From positions 14,359 through 78,358 of the forward strand of contig JAUQVK010000112.1 of NCBI GenBank assembly GCA_039794845.1: DNA of 64,000 nucleotides, written 5' to 3'. Shown here one piece after another: positions 22,765 through 32,518 of the stretch. The notes beneath the pieces were generated by a model that saw only the letters and a program-made list of their open reading frames with translations, ran no database searches and was not told where the DNA came from. Origin of the DNA: Thermostichus sp. DRC_bins_24 (GTDB lineage Bacteria; Cyanobacteriota; Cyanobacteriia; Thermostichales; Thermostichaceae). The position numbers were made by a program, and so were the translations under genes. The stretch's first letter is position 1. Every line of letters begins with the position of its first letter.

Positions 22765-22891
22765 TGGTCACTCCAAACAGGAGCGATACACTTTCTGGCC
22801 CCCCTCTTCCGCTCTGAGAGAGGGGCTACAGCCGGTGCCACGCTGCGCGAAAGGGGTGAGGGAGCTGTTTCAGCCTCAATTGCAATGACTA
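22765..22891 (-). mobile_element. MITE-like repeat, copy 1 (127 bp, TA-flanked)
   Basis: TA|TGGTCACTCCAA...TTGCAATGACTA|TA imperfect terminal inverted repeats; reverse complement aligns with 32304-32406. Confidence 0.8.
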
Positions 22892-23035
22892 TATCACCAC
22901 ATAATCACCACATAATGAGTGAGCTGGGTTTGTTGGATGGCAAGCACGCGCAAGCAATCCGAAGCCAGGTGATCGAACAAGCCCCTTCGCGGAAGCGGGG
23001 TGCAACCCCTTGAAGAGATGCCATCCGCCGGAATC

Positions 23036-24436
23036 CTAAATTCCCAAGATCAAGCGAGCGGTGTAGAAGTAAATCAGGACCCCCAGCACATCCACAATCG
23101 TGGTGATAAAAGGGGCCGCCATCAAGGCCGGATCCAAGCCGAAGGAGCGGAACAAGAAGGGCAAACCGGCCCCCGATACGGAAGAGAGAACGGAAATACC
23201 AAACAAGCTCAGCCCGACAATGATTGCCACGGATAGATCCCGTTGCAAAGCATAGGCCCAACCGATGGTGATCGCACTGAGCATCAATCCCAGCATGGCC
23301 CCCACCGTTGCTTCCCGTGCGAGCACCCCAAACCCATCCTTGAGGCGTACCACCGCTGTACTCAAACCACGAATCACCACCGTGGAAGACTGCGCCCCGA
23401 CATTGCCGCCACTGTCCACCAACAGTGGGATGAAGGCTGCCAAGGCAATCACCTCACTCAAGACTTCTTCTTGTCCGGCGATGATCGTGCTGGTGAAGGT
23501 GTTGGTAAACAGCAAAATCAGCAGCCACACCACCCGTTTGCGAGCTGCCTGCCAGAAATTCAAGTCAAAGTAATCGTCTTCCCCAGATTGCACTCCCCCC
23601 AAGGAGTAGATATCTTCGGTGGTTTCTTGCTCCAAAATGTCCAACACATCGTCTACCGTGACGATCCCCACCAGGCGATGTTCTGTATCTACCACCGGCA
23701 CAGCCAATAGGTCGTACCGCTGGATCACCCGTGCCACTTCTTCTTGGTCGGTATTGGTGCTGACAAACACCACCTCCCGGTTCATCACCTCTCCCAACAG
23801 TTGGGTCGGTTCCGCCATCACCAGTTCCCGCAGTGAGAGTGCCCCCGTTAGATGCCGCTCGGTGTCTGTGATGTAGAGGTAGTAGATCGTCTCTGTTTCT
23901 CTGGCCAACAGGCGTACTCGTTCTAGGGCTTGGGCTGCCGTTAAGTTCTCCTTGAGGGAAATATGCTCGGGGGTCATGATCCGCCCCGCCGTGTTGGGGG
24001 CATAGCCGAGCAGTAGTGCCGTGGCTTCCCGTTCCTGTGGGCTTAGTTGTGGCAGCAGAGCAGTGACGACCTTGGCAGGTAACTCGTCAAATAGGCGGGC
24101 CCGGTCATCAGGCGACATTTTATCGAGAATGTCTTGGATTTCATGGCTCTTGAACTCTCGTAGCAGGGCTTCCTGCAGTTCCAGATCCAGGTGTTCGTAA
24201 ACCCGAATCGCCAGATCCTTAGCCAGCAACCGAAAGGCCAAAGCCTGTTGAGCCTCCGGCAGCTCCCCGATTACATCGGCAATATCCACTGGCTGAACGG
24301 GCAACAGGAGAGATTTCGCCTGCTCCAGTTCGTTTTGTTCTAGGGCAAGGCTCAGTTGACCTCGCAATAGCTCACAGAATTGCTCTCGGCTCAGCTCGGA
24401 ACGAATTGGGGCTGGGGTTCCTGTAGTGGGGTTCAA
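23036..24436 (-). CDS. mgtE: Magnesium transporter
   Basis: MgtE N-domain, TAGRIMTPE, CBS pair, GIVTVDDVLD, SGGNVGAQS, DPALMAAPFITTIVD. Confidence 0.97.
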   Translation of the reverse strand: MNPTTGTPAPIRSELSREQFCELLRGQLSLALEQNELEQAKSLLLPVQPVDIADVIGELPEAQQALAFRLLAKDLAIRVYEHLDLELQEALLREFKSHEIQDILDKMSPDDRARLFDELPAKVVTALLPQLSPQEREATALLLGYAPNTAGRIMTPEHISLKENLTAAQALERVRLLARETETIYYLYITDTERHLTGALSLRELVMAEPTQLLGEVMNREVVFVSTNTDQEEVARVIQRYDLLAVPVVDTEHRLVGIVTVDDVLDILEQETTEDIYSLGGVQSGEDDYFDLNFWQAARKRVVWLLILLFTNTFTSTIIAGQEEVLSEVIALAAFIPLLVDSGGNVGAQSSTVVIRGLSTAVVRLKDGFGVLAREATVGAMLGLMLSAITIGWAYALQRDLSVAIIVGLSLFGISVLSSVSGAGLPFLFRSFGLDPALMAAPFITTIVDVLGVLIYFYTARLILGI

Positions 24437-24950
24437 CGGCTTACCTCCCTGCGACTCTAGCCTTAACTATGCCAGCAAAGCCGAGTCTACCCAAACTTTG
24501 GCTGCCGTGTATTTGGGACAACCTTCCACCCAAGACCGCTGGGCCGTTTGGGTGAGAATGCTCGGTGACACGGTTTACACTCTCAAAGAATCTCCCCCAC
24601 CAGGGTTGCTGGAAGAGGATGTCAATCTCCCTTTGCGCATTCTGGGCAGGCGTGGGTTTTGAGGGGAATCCTTTCGGGGCTTGAACCTGGCCGAGATCTG
24701 ACGAAAGCCGCGATGGGGGTGGATTTGGTCGGCTCTATCCCTAGAGGATCTTGAATAAACCCGAAAGGAACAACACTACCTATAACATCAGGTCTGGAGG
24801 AATATGATAGCTTGGTGAGCATCGCGTTGGGTGAACCCCTGAAACAGCTCTCTCAGTTTGGGGTGGCCCACGGATGGTCGAAAACCATGGGTTGAGTCTA
24901 TTCATCGTGCTTCGCAGGGTGCGGAGAGTCATCGCAGGAGGGGTGTGGGT

Positions 24951-27900
24951 ATGGTTCAGGGCAAAGAGATGCGTTCCGCAGAAGGGCTCGGATCCCTAAG
25001 CAACGGCGATTTCCCGGCAACGGCTCCGGCAGCCAATCCGGTTTTTTACCGCACCTACAGCCGCCGCACCGACAGAGGGCGGGAAACCTGGAGCCAGGTG
25101 TGTGATCGCACCCTGACGGATATCACCCAGCTAGGCCGGTTCACCCCAGAGGAACAGGATTTGATCAACCGCATGCAGCGGCAACTGAAGGCCTTGATCT
25201 CGGGGCGGGCCCTGTGGGTGATGGGCACCGACTGGATCCATCGTCCGGAAAACTTTTCAGGGGCCTACAACTGCACGAGCACCAATGTGATTGATTGGCA
25301 GGCCTTTGGTTTGATGATGGATCTGGCCATGATGGGCTGTGGCACCGGGGCGGTGCTGGAACCCAAGTTCATCAACCGCCTACCGGCCATTGTGAATTAT
25401 CTGAACATCCAGGTGGTAGGACAAATCGGAGCCACGCCGGCGAACCAACGCCAAGATCAAACCCGTATCCAGCGACAGGGATCCCGGGTGCACATCCAGG
25501 TGGGGGATAGCCGTCGCGGTTGGGTGGATTCCTATCAGGTGTTGATGGAATTGGCCTCGGATCCCAGTTTCTCGGGAACAATTGAACTCTCGGTGGATCT
25601 CAGCGATGTGCGGCCTGCGGGTGAGATTCTCAAGGGGTTTGGCGGGGTGGCCAACCCAATCAAATTACCCACTTTGTATGAGCGGTGTGCAGCCATTCTG
25701 AACAAAGCCGTAGGCCGACAATTGAACTCTGTCGAGTGTTGCTTGCTGATCGATGAAGCGGCTTCTTGTATCGTGGCCGGGAACATTAGGCGTAGCGCGG
25801 GGATGCGTCAATTTGCTGGGGAAGATGTGCTCGGATCCAATGCCAAAGATAACCTCTGGCAACAAGATGAAAAAGGCAATTGGCGCATTGATCCTGAACG
25901 GGATGCTCTGCGTATGGCCAATCACACCCGTGTATTTCACCGCAAACCCACTCTAGAAGAAACCATTGAGGCGGTGCGGAAGCAATTTTATTCCGGTGAA
26001 GGGGCCATTCAGTGGGCAGGTGAAGCGGTGGCACGGGCCAACTGTGATCTGATCCCTCTCGATCAAAAGTCCGATTTTCTCAAGGCTTATGAGGCCGGAT
26101 CTGCCAAAGATTGGCTGCAAAAGCGGGATCCCAATTTGAGCGAAGAAGAGCTAGAGGATCGAATCAGTCGTTATGGGTTGAATCCTTGTGTAACGGCTGA
26201 CACTTGGATTCATACAGGAGATGGACCTCGTCAGGTGAAGGATTTGATCGGGATCCAGCACAGTACTTATGTGAATGGGGAGTTATTCAGCACCACTCCC
26301 GAAGGCTTTTTCTATTCGGGTATCAAGCCGGTTTTCAAACTGATAACTCAAGAAGGCTATGAATTGCGATTAACAGGCAATCATCGCGTGTTGAAAGTAA
26401 CTGCTCAAACCCAGAAGAAACAATATACTCAATGGGTTTCTGCCGAAGATCTGCAGCCAGGGGATCGTGTGATACTCCATGATCATCGTGACCTTTGCCC
26501 TTGGGAAGGAGAAGGGAGCTTTGAAGAAGGATGGCTGCTGGGTAATTTGCTAGGTGATGGTAGTCTTGCCAAAACTCAGTGGAGTGATATGGGTTTGCTG
26601 CGTTTCTGGCAGGATACCCAAAGTGAAATGAGTGAACACGCCATAGGTTGTCTGGAAAAAGCAACAGGATACACTCGTCGTACAGATCAAGCCCACTACC
26701 ATGCTCAACTCAAATATCGAGTGGTTAGCTCTAGCAGTCTAGCAAGGTTGGCAGCACGTTTTGGTTTATTTCCAGGCCAAAAAGCACTGAATTCATCTAT
26801 AGAAAAAGCCAGCTATCAATTCTACCGAGGTTTTTTGCGAGGACTTTATGATGCAGATGGAACTGTGATTGGTTCTCAGCTCAAGGGAGTTAGTGTTCGC
26901 TTACCTCAAAGCAGCCTGCATACTCTACAAGCAGTTCAGCGAATGCTAGCTCGACTGGGGATCATCTCTACCATTTGTCAGAATCGTCGCCCTGCTGGAT
27001 CTCGACTTTTGCCGGATAGTCAACGCCAGCCTAAACTTTATTTCTGCCAGGCACAGCACGAGTTAGTTATTTCTAAGGACAATCTGCTGCAATTTCAATC
27101 TTTGATAGGATTCCAGGATCCTGAAAAATCTCAGAAACTTGAACAACTTCTGTCTAATTATCAGAGAAATTTTAATCGGGAGCGCTTTACAGTTAAGGTT
27201 TTAGCTGTAAAGCCAGATGGAGTGGAACCTGTTTACGACTGTAGTGTGCCGGGGCCAAATCAATTTGATGCCAATGGCTTTGTTGCCCACAATTGTGGGG
27301 AAATCATCGGATCTAACTATCATTGCAATTTGTCCGAAATCCACCTAAATCAGATGGATCCCTACAACTACAAAGAACAAGAGGAAGCCTTTGCCGCCGG
27401 GGCATTGGCGGTAGCGGCCCTACTGAATCATCGTTTTCAAGAACCCCGTTATCAACGCTCGCGGGAATGGGATCCGATTGTGGGGGTATCCTTTACCGGG
27501 TTGTTCGACTTTTTTGTGAAAGCCTTTGGGGTGGAATGGCTGCGTTGGTGGCAGGAGGGGCGACCGGAAACCATGACCGGCCTGACCTTCAAGCAAAAAG
27601 AGCAGGATTACCTCTCTCGCTGGCGGGAGGTGGTGCACCAAACCGTCTGGGACTACTGCGACCGCCACGGACTGCGCCGACCCAATCGCTGTACGACCGT
27701 GCAACCGGCGGGGACCAAGTCGCTTCTGACGGGGGCAGCACCCGGTTGGCATCCTCCCAAGGCACAACGGTATATTCGCCGTATTACCTTCGGCAAAAAT
27801 GACCCGGTGGCCCTGGCCTGTTTGGAATACGGCTACTCAATCGTGCCCTCGCAGTCGGACAAAGATGAGAACGGTAACCTTCTCAACGATCCCTTTGATC

Positions 27901-28367
27901 CGCGCTGTACGGAATGGCTGGTGGAATTGCCCGTAGAAGTGCCCTGGGCCAATTTGCCCGGTGCCGATCAGATCGAGCTCGAACAGTTTTCTGCTCTGGC
28001 CCAATTTGACTTTTACATGCAGGTGCAGAAGCACTACACCACCCACAACACCTCCGCTACCATTGAGCTGCGAGAAGACGAAGTGGAAGGGCTGGGATCC
28101 CGTATATTTGAGGCGATCCAAGGGGATGAGGGATACATCAGTGCCGCCTTGCTGGCTCGTTTTGATGCGCCGTTTCCGCGGCTGCCCTTTGAGAAGATTG
28201 ACAAAGCCACCTATGAGCGGCTCTCGGCAGAAGTGTTGCGCCGTCGGCAAACCGAGGACTTCTTCGAGGCCTTGATGCGCTACGACCGCGGCTTTTTGAA
28301 TACGGAAGGGCCGGCGGGTTGCGATGCCATGGGGTGTCTGCTGCCGGAAGCAGCTCCCCAAAGCTAG
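24951..28367 (+). CDS. nrdJ: Class II (adenosylcobalamin-dependent) ribonucleoside-triphosphate reductase, intein-containing
   Basis: PVFYRTYSR, AYNCTS, MMGCGTG, VAGNIRRSA, GLNP|intein|CGEI, TTVQPAGT, C-terminal GPAGCD..GC. Likely ATG at 24951 after AGGAGG. Confidence 0.95.
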   Translation: MVQGKEMRSAEGLGSLSNGDFPATAPAANPVFYRTYSRRTDRGRETWSQVCDRTLTDITQLGRFTPEEQDLINRMQRQLKALISGRALWVMGTDWIHRPENFSGAYNCTSTNVIDWQAFGLMMDLAMMGCGTGAVLEPKFINRLPAIVNYLNIQVVGQIGATPANQRQDQTRIQRQGSRVHIQVGDSRRGWVDSYQVLMELASDPSFSGTIELSVDLSDVRPAGEILKGFGGVANPIKLPTLYERCAAILNKAVGRQLNSVECCLLIDEAASCIVAGNIRRSAGMRQFAGEDVLGSNAKDNLWQQDEKGNWRIDPERDALRMANHTRVFHRKPTLEETIEAVRKQFYSGEGAIQWAGEAVARANCDLIPLDQKSDFLKAYEAGSAKDWLQKRDPNLSEEELEDRISRYGLNPCVTADTWIHTGDGPRQVKDLIGIQHSTYVNGELFSTTPEGFFYSGIKPVFKLITQEGYELRLTGNHRVLKVTAQTQKKQYTQWVSAEDLQPGDRVILHDHRDLCPWEGEGSFEEGWLLGNLLGDGSLAKTQWSDMGLLRFWQDTQSEMSEHAIGCLEKATGYTRRTDQAHYHAQLKYRVVSSSSLARLAARFGLFPGQKALNSSIEKASYQFYRGFLRGLYDADGTVIGSQLKGVSVRLPQSSLHTLQAVQRMLARLGIISTICQNRRPAGSRLLPDSQRQPKLYFCQAQHELVISKDNLLQFQSLIGFQDPEKSQKLEQLLSNYQRNFNRERFTVKVLAVKPDGVEPVYDCSVPGPNQFDANGFVAHNCGEIIGSNYHCNLSEIHLNQMDPYNYKEQEEAFAAGALAVAALLNHRFQEPRYQRSREWDPIVGVSFTGLFDFFVKAFGVEWLRWWQEGRPETMTGLTFKQKEQDYLSRWREVVHQTVWDYCDRHGLRRPNRCTTVQPAGTKSLLTGAAPGWHPPKAQRYIRRITFGKNDPVALACLEYGYSIVPSQSDKDENGNLLNDPFDPRCTEWLVELPVEVPWANLPGADQIELEQFSALAQFDFYMQVQKHYTTHNTSATIELREDEVEGLGSRIFEAIQGDEGYISAALLARFDAPFPRLPFEKIDKATYERLSAEVLRRRQTEDFFEALMRYDRGFLNTEGPAGCDAMGCLLPEAAPQS
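26187..27293 (+). mobile_element. Intein with LAGLIDADG homing endonuclease (369 aa) in nrdJ
   Basis: Starts CVTADTWI; block B LRLTGNHRV; LAGLIDADG blocks LLGNLLGDG and FLRGLYDADG; block F VYDCSV; ends VAHN followed by +1 Cys. More AT-rich than its flanks. Confidence 0.96.
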
Positions 28368-28494
28368 GTAAAACCCGGGGATCCCCTCCAAGCTCCTCTG
28401 GATCGGGATCCCTGGGCAAAGTCTGTGATACTCCTGTGATACTTTTGTAAAGACCGATCCCAGCTTGGCTGGAAATTCAGGGATCCCTTTGCGC

Positions 28495-29475
28495 ATGCAA
28501 GATCAGCTTCTCACCCTACAAAGCGAAGCGCTTGCCCAAGTGGAGCAAGCCGCCGACCTTGAGTCTCTAGAACAGTTGCGCATTGAATACCTGGGCAAAA
28601 AGGGCAAGCTCTCCAAAATCTTGGGGGGAATGGGAAAGCTGCCCCCAGAAGAACGACCCCTGGTCGGCGCTTTGGCCAACACCTTCAAAGAGGCCCTGCA
28701 GTCTAGCCTGGATCAACGCAAACAAGCCCTCAGCGAAGCCCAACTGCTGAAGCGCCTGGAAGCAGAGCGGCTGGATGTCACCATGCCGGGATCCCGCCAT
28801 CCCCTGGGGCGGATCCACCCTCTGCAGGCCACCATCGACCGCATGCTGGATATTTTCGTGGGTATGGGCTACACAGTGGTGCACGGCCCCGAGATCGAGA
28901 CGGAGTATTACAATTTTGAGGCCCTCAACACCCCTGCCGACCATCCGGCGCGGGATATGCAGGATACCCTCTATCTGGAAAACGGCTACCTAATGCGTAC
29001 CCAAACCTCTTCGGTTCAGGTGCGCTACATGGAGCAACACCAGCCCCCTCTGCGCATCGTGCATGCCGGACGGGTGATGCGCCGCGATACCGTCGATGCC
29101 ACCCACTCGGCGGTGTTCCACCAGATGGAAATTTTGGCGGTGGGAGAAAACCTCACCTTCTCCGACTTGAAAGGCACCCTCAACGAATTCATCACCCGCC
29201 TGTTGGGCAAACGGGAAACCCGCTTTCGCCCCAGCTATTTTCCCTTCACGGAGCCGTCTGCCGAGATGGATGTGCGCTTTGGCTCAAAGTGGCTGGAAAT
29301 ATTTGGCTGCGGCATGGTTGACCCGAATGTGTTTCAAGCCGTCGGCTATGATCCGGAGCGCTACACCGGATTTGCCGCCGGGATCGGCATCGAACGGATG
29401 GCCATGCTTTTGCACGGCATTCAAGATATCCGCCTGTTTTATACCAGTGATCTGCGCTTTCTATCCCAGTTTTAG
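28495..29475 (+). CDS. pheS: Phenylalanine--tRNA ligase alpha subunit
   Basis: [42 protein letters not shown]. Confidence 0.99.
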   Translation: MQDQLLTLQSEALAQVEQAADLESLEQLRIEYLGKKGKLSKILGGMGKLPPEERPLVGALANTFKEALQSSLDQRKQALSEAQLLKRLEAERLDVTMPGSRHPLGRIHPLQATIDRMLDIFVGMGYTVVHGPEIETEYYNFEALNTPADHPARDMQDTLYLENGYLMRTQTSSVQVRYMEQHQPPLRIVHAGRVMRRDTVDATHSAVFHQMEILAVGENLTFSDLKGTLNEFITRLLGKRETRFRPSYFPFTEPSAEMDVRFGSKWLEIFGCGMVDPNVFQAVGYDPERYTGFAAGIGIERMAMLLHGIQDIRLFYTSDLRFLSQF

Positions 29476-29558
29476 GCGATGGCTTGGGATCCAGAAGGCC
29501 AGTCTCCGAAAAGGTTCAAAAGTGTAGAATGTTCAGGGATATCCAGAAAAATCTCTGT

Positions 29559-29855
29559 TCAGGAGAAGGTCTGCTTATAGATCAGCTGCAGTTGCTCTAG
29601 AGCTTCTTTGCGGGCGGCGCGACGCATCAGGCGCATCTGTTCTTCGATCAATTGGCGAGCTTCGTTGCGGCTAATCGGATCAAAGACCAGCTCTTCCACG
29701 GTGGAGGGATCCGCATTGTTATCTGGGGAGCCGAAAGAAACCCGAAAAAAAAGCCTTTGGGCGTAAAGGGTCGTGAAAAGAGCCTGGTTTTCGTTGACTT
29801 GACACAGGCTGTAGAGCAGGCCAAAGGTGGGGTGATTTAGGTAAGACTCACTCAT
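29559..29855 (-). CDS. pipX: PII-interacting protein X (NtcA coactivator)
   Basis: MSESYLNHPTFGLLY...LFTTLYAQRLFF...R.EAR..E..MR..RR...KQTF. Start at ATG 29855. Confidence 0.93.
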   Translation of the reverse strand: MSESYLNHPTFGLLYSLCQVNENQALFTTLYAQRLFFRVSFGSPDNNADPSTVEELVFDPISRNEARQLIEEQMRLMRRAARKEALEQLQLIYKQTFS

Positions 29856-30071
29856 GCTCAATAGCGTATCACCCTTGGAGGAGGAGGGAAGCTTTCCCTC
29901 GGCGTTGGGGGGTCGGAGTCCCTGGAATGGCATTGCCATGGCTTTCTGACTAAAGAATCAGATTATAAGTTCCATCCAACCCGATTTTTGTTCCCGCGAC
30001 CCAATTTAACAAAGTTTTTAGTCCGGGGTTTATGCTGAAAGAGTGGATCCCTTTGTGGGTGTTTTCAACTT

Positions 30072-31001
30072 ATGCCCAGAACCTGTACAATCTATCGCCG
30101 TGCCCAATTTGCTGCCAGCCATCGTTATTGGCTGCCCGAGCTCTCGGAAGCCGAAAATTTTGCCCGATTCGGCCCAAATGCCCGTTTTCCCGGCCATGGA
30201 CACAATTATGTGTTGCAGGTGGGCATGAGTGGCGAAGTAGACGACTACGGCATGGTGTTAAACCTCTCGGAGGTGAAGCAGGTGATCCGGCAGCGGGTGA
30301 TTCAAGATCTCAACTTTGCCTATCTCAATCAGGCTTGGCCGGAGTTTGCCCAAACCCTACCGACCACCGAATGGATTGCCCACACGATTTGGCAACGTTT
30401 GGCGGACGCGTTGCCTCTGATAAGCCTTCGTCTATACGAAGATCCCGAGCTTTGGGCCGATTATCGAGGAGAAGACATGCAAGCCTATTTGACCGTCGCC
30501 ACCCATTTCAGCGCTGCCCACCGGTTGGCCTTGGATCACCTCAGTTTGGAGGAAAACACCGAGATTTACGGCCTCTGCGCACGCCCCCACGGCCATGGCC
30601 ACAACTACGGCCTGGAAATTACCGTCAAGGGATCCATCGACCCGCGCACGGGCATGATCGTGGACTTGGGGGCTCTGCAGCGGGTGATCGACCAATGGGT
30701 GGTGAAGCCCTTCGACCATACCTTCTTAAACAAAGACATCCCCTACTTCGCCCGGGTGGTGCCCACTGCCGAAAACATCGTCTTGCGCATCCAGCAGTTG
30801 TTGACCTTACCGATTCGGGAGCTGGGAGTACAGTTGCATCGCGTGTATTTGCAGGAAAGTCCCAACAACAGCAGCGAGGTGTACGGGGAATATCCCCTCG
30901 AGGAGTTGCTCACCGCCGCCGAAGGGATCCCCCAGGGAGAGCCCTTAGCCCCGCCAGCCTTTCGCGACAGCGGGCCGGAGGCCTTTGTTGGATCTCGCTA
31001 A
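30072..31001 (+). CDS. 6-carboxytetrahydropterin / 6-pyruvoyl-tetrahydropterin synthase, tandem two-domain
   Basis: Two PTPS units: FAASHR..GHGHNY..PTTEWIA and FSAAHR..CARPHGHGHNY..PTAENI. Confidence 0.92.
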   Translation: MPRTCTIYRRAQFAASHRYWLPELSEAENFARFGPNARFPGHGHNYVLQVGMSGEVDDYGMVLNLSEVKQVIRQRVIQDLNFAYLNQAWPEFAQTLPTTEWIAHTIWQRLADALPLISLRLYEDPELWADYRGEDMQAYLTVATHFSAAHRLALDHLSLEENTEIYGLCARPHGHGHNYGLEITVKGSIDPRTGMIVDLGALQRVIDQWVVKPFDHTFLNKDIPYFARVVPTAENIVLRIQQLLTLPIRELGVQLHRVYLQESPNNSSEVYGEYPLEELLTAAEGIPQGEPLAPPAFRDSGPEAFVGSR

Positions 31002-31003
31002 GT

Positions 31004-32197
31004 ATGCTGGATCTCGTGAAACTGAGTGGCCAAATCCCCGGCCTCACCCAGCACCTGCAACAGGAGTCGAAAGCCAGCCAAGAACGTCTGCGCCAAGCTC
31101 TGCAGGTGTTCGGGCGCCTACAGCAGGAGCCGCAGGTGTGGCAGTCTCGTCATGCCGAGTGGAGGGCACAGCTGTCCTTCATCTGTGCCAGTCCGGCGGA
31201 ACCGCTGGAGAACTGGAGCCCCCCGCCCAAAGTTGAGCCCCTGAAGGGGCGACACACCGTGGTGGCCGCAGATGGATCCCAGATTGTGCCCAACCATCAC
31301 GAGATCGCCTACTGCTCTCTAATTAATATCGGGCGGGTGGTCTTGCACTACGGCACCCAGCAATGGCCGCTGTTGGATAGCTTGCCGGTGTTGCTCTACC
31401 GGTCGGCAGAACTGCAGCACCGTGCTGGCTTAGGGACAGAGGAGGTTTTGGCTTTGCGGCGAACCCAAGCGGAGTGGGAGGAGTTGGCTCAGTTGGCCTT
31501 GGCCCTGCCCCGTCGCCGCCCCTGCTTGGCGTTGGTGGATGGGGCCTTGATCCCATGGGGCCTAGAGCCGCTCTCTGGGCAGGAGCAACGCCTGTGGTTG
31601 GATCCCCTCTTGGCGGTGCTAGAACGCCTACGGTTGGCCCGGATCCCGTTGGTGGGGTATGTTAGCGCCTCTCGCAGCAGCGAAACGGTGAATTACCTGC
31701 GCCTTGGCCTTTGCCCCTATTTGGGGTGTGAGTGTCATCGCTACTGCCCCCCCGGAACGGTTACCCCCTGTCAGCCGTTTGCGCCGTTGCCGGATCGGGT
31801 CTTTTGGGGATCCCTACTGCAGCCGGGGGAACGCAGCCCCCTCTGGCGCTGTGGGGCCAAGGTGTTGGATCCCTTCGGGGAGCACCATATTCACTGCTGT
31901 TACCTGAATGTGAGCCGGGGATCCCTGACGGAACCCGAGATTGCCCGATTGGAGTTTCCCGCCTGGGTTGCTGCGGATGAGGAATTGCTCAAGCGGGCCT
32001 TGGCGGGGGTGCTGAGCCAAGTCCAGAAGGGCTTCGGATACCCGGTGGCCTTGGCAGAAGCCCATCACTTGGCAGTGGTGCGCGGCGGGGATCGTCAACG
32101 ATTTTTTGCCCTGATCGAGCAGGAACTGGTTCGTACGGGTCTGCGCAATGTAGCGGTGTCCCAGAAGGAAGCCCAGAAGCGGGGTGGGATTGCTTAG
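31004..32197 (+). CDS. nurA: NurA-domain nuclease
   Basis: ATG at 31004 (MLDLVKL); AADGSQI, LVDGAL, RLEFP.W, GFGYPVALAEAHHLAVV. Confidence 0.88.
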   Translation: MLDLVKLSGQIPGLTQHLQQESKASQERLRQALQVFGRLQQEPQVWQSRHAEWRAQLSFICASPAEPLENWSPPPKVEPLKGRHTVVAADGSQIVPNHHEIAYCSLINIGRVVLHYGTQQWPLLDSLPVLLYRSAELQHRAGLGTEEVLALRRTQAEWEELAQLALALPRRRPCLALVDGALIPWGLEPLSGQEQRLWLDPLLAVLERLRLARIPLVGYVSASRSSETVNYLRLGLCPYLGCECHRYCPPGTVTPCQPFAPLPDRVFWGSLLQPGERSPLWRCGAKVLDPFGEHHIHCCYLNVSRGSLTEPEIARLEFPAWVAADEELLKRALAGVLSQVQKGFGYPVALAEAHHLAVVRGGDRQRFFALIEQELVRTGLRNVAVSQKEAQKRGGIA

Positions 32198-32202
32198 CAG
32201 CC

Positions 32203-32300
32203 TTGACATTCTCCCCGCCCTCAGGACGAGGCTTTTTTCTTGGCCCTACTTGATCAGTTTGGTTGGCGGGACCCCGTCGGCAGCACTCAAGGAGTCTGTT
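32203..32300 (-). mobile_element. IS200/IS605-type end remnant (subterminal hairpin + TCAA)
   Basis: Minus strand reads ...CCTCGTCCTGAGGGCGGGGAGAATGTCAA, the hairpin-TCAA right-end pattern of cyanobacterial IS605-group elements; no tnpA/tnpB nearby. Confidence 0.6.
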
Positions 32301-32303
32301 TTA

Positions 32304-32406
32304 GAGTCGTTGCAATTAAGGCTGAAACAGCCCCCTCACCCCCGGCCCCTCTCCCAGAGCGGGAGAGGGGGGTCAGAGAGTGTATCGTTCTCATTTGGAG
32401 TGACTA
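32304..32406 (+). mobile_element. MITE-like repeat, copy 2 (103 bp, TA-flanked)
   Basis: TA|GAGTCGTTGCAA...CCCCTCTCCCAGAGCGGGAGAGGGG...TTGGAGTGACTA|TA; homologous to 22765-22891. Confidence 0.8.
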
Positions 32407-32518
32407 TAGAATCATCAGAATCACCTTCCGAATCAAACCGAAATCTGGAGATCTCTCGACATCGGATCCTCCTCACCGCGCCCTAGAGGGTAAGGCCCGT
32501 CGATGATCTGGGATCTAG

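Noticed and set aside
24660..24950. Cobalamin riboswitch ahead of B12-dependent nrdJ (also checked before cobQ)
   Set aside because: No B12-box or conserved GGGAA/GCCACTG core recognisable.
30032..32197. 721-aa ORF suggesting a large NurA fusion
   Set aside because: The first 324 codons overlap the genuine PTPS gene in another frame and look non-coding; NurA starts at ATG 31004.
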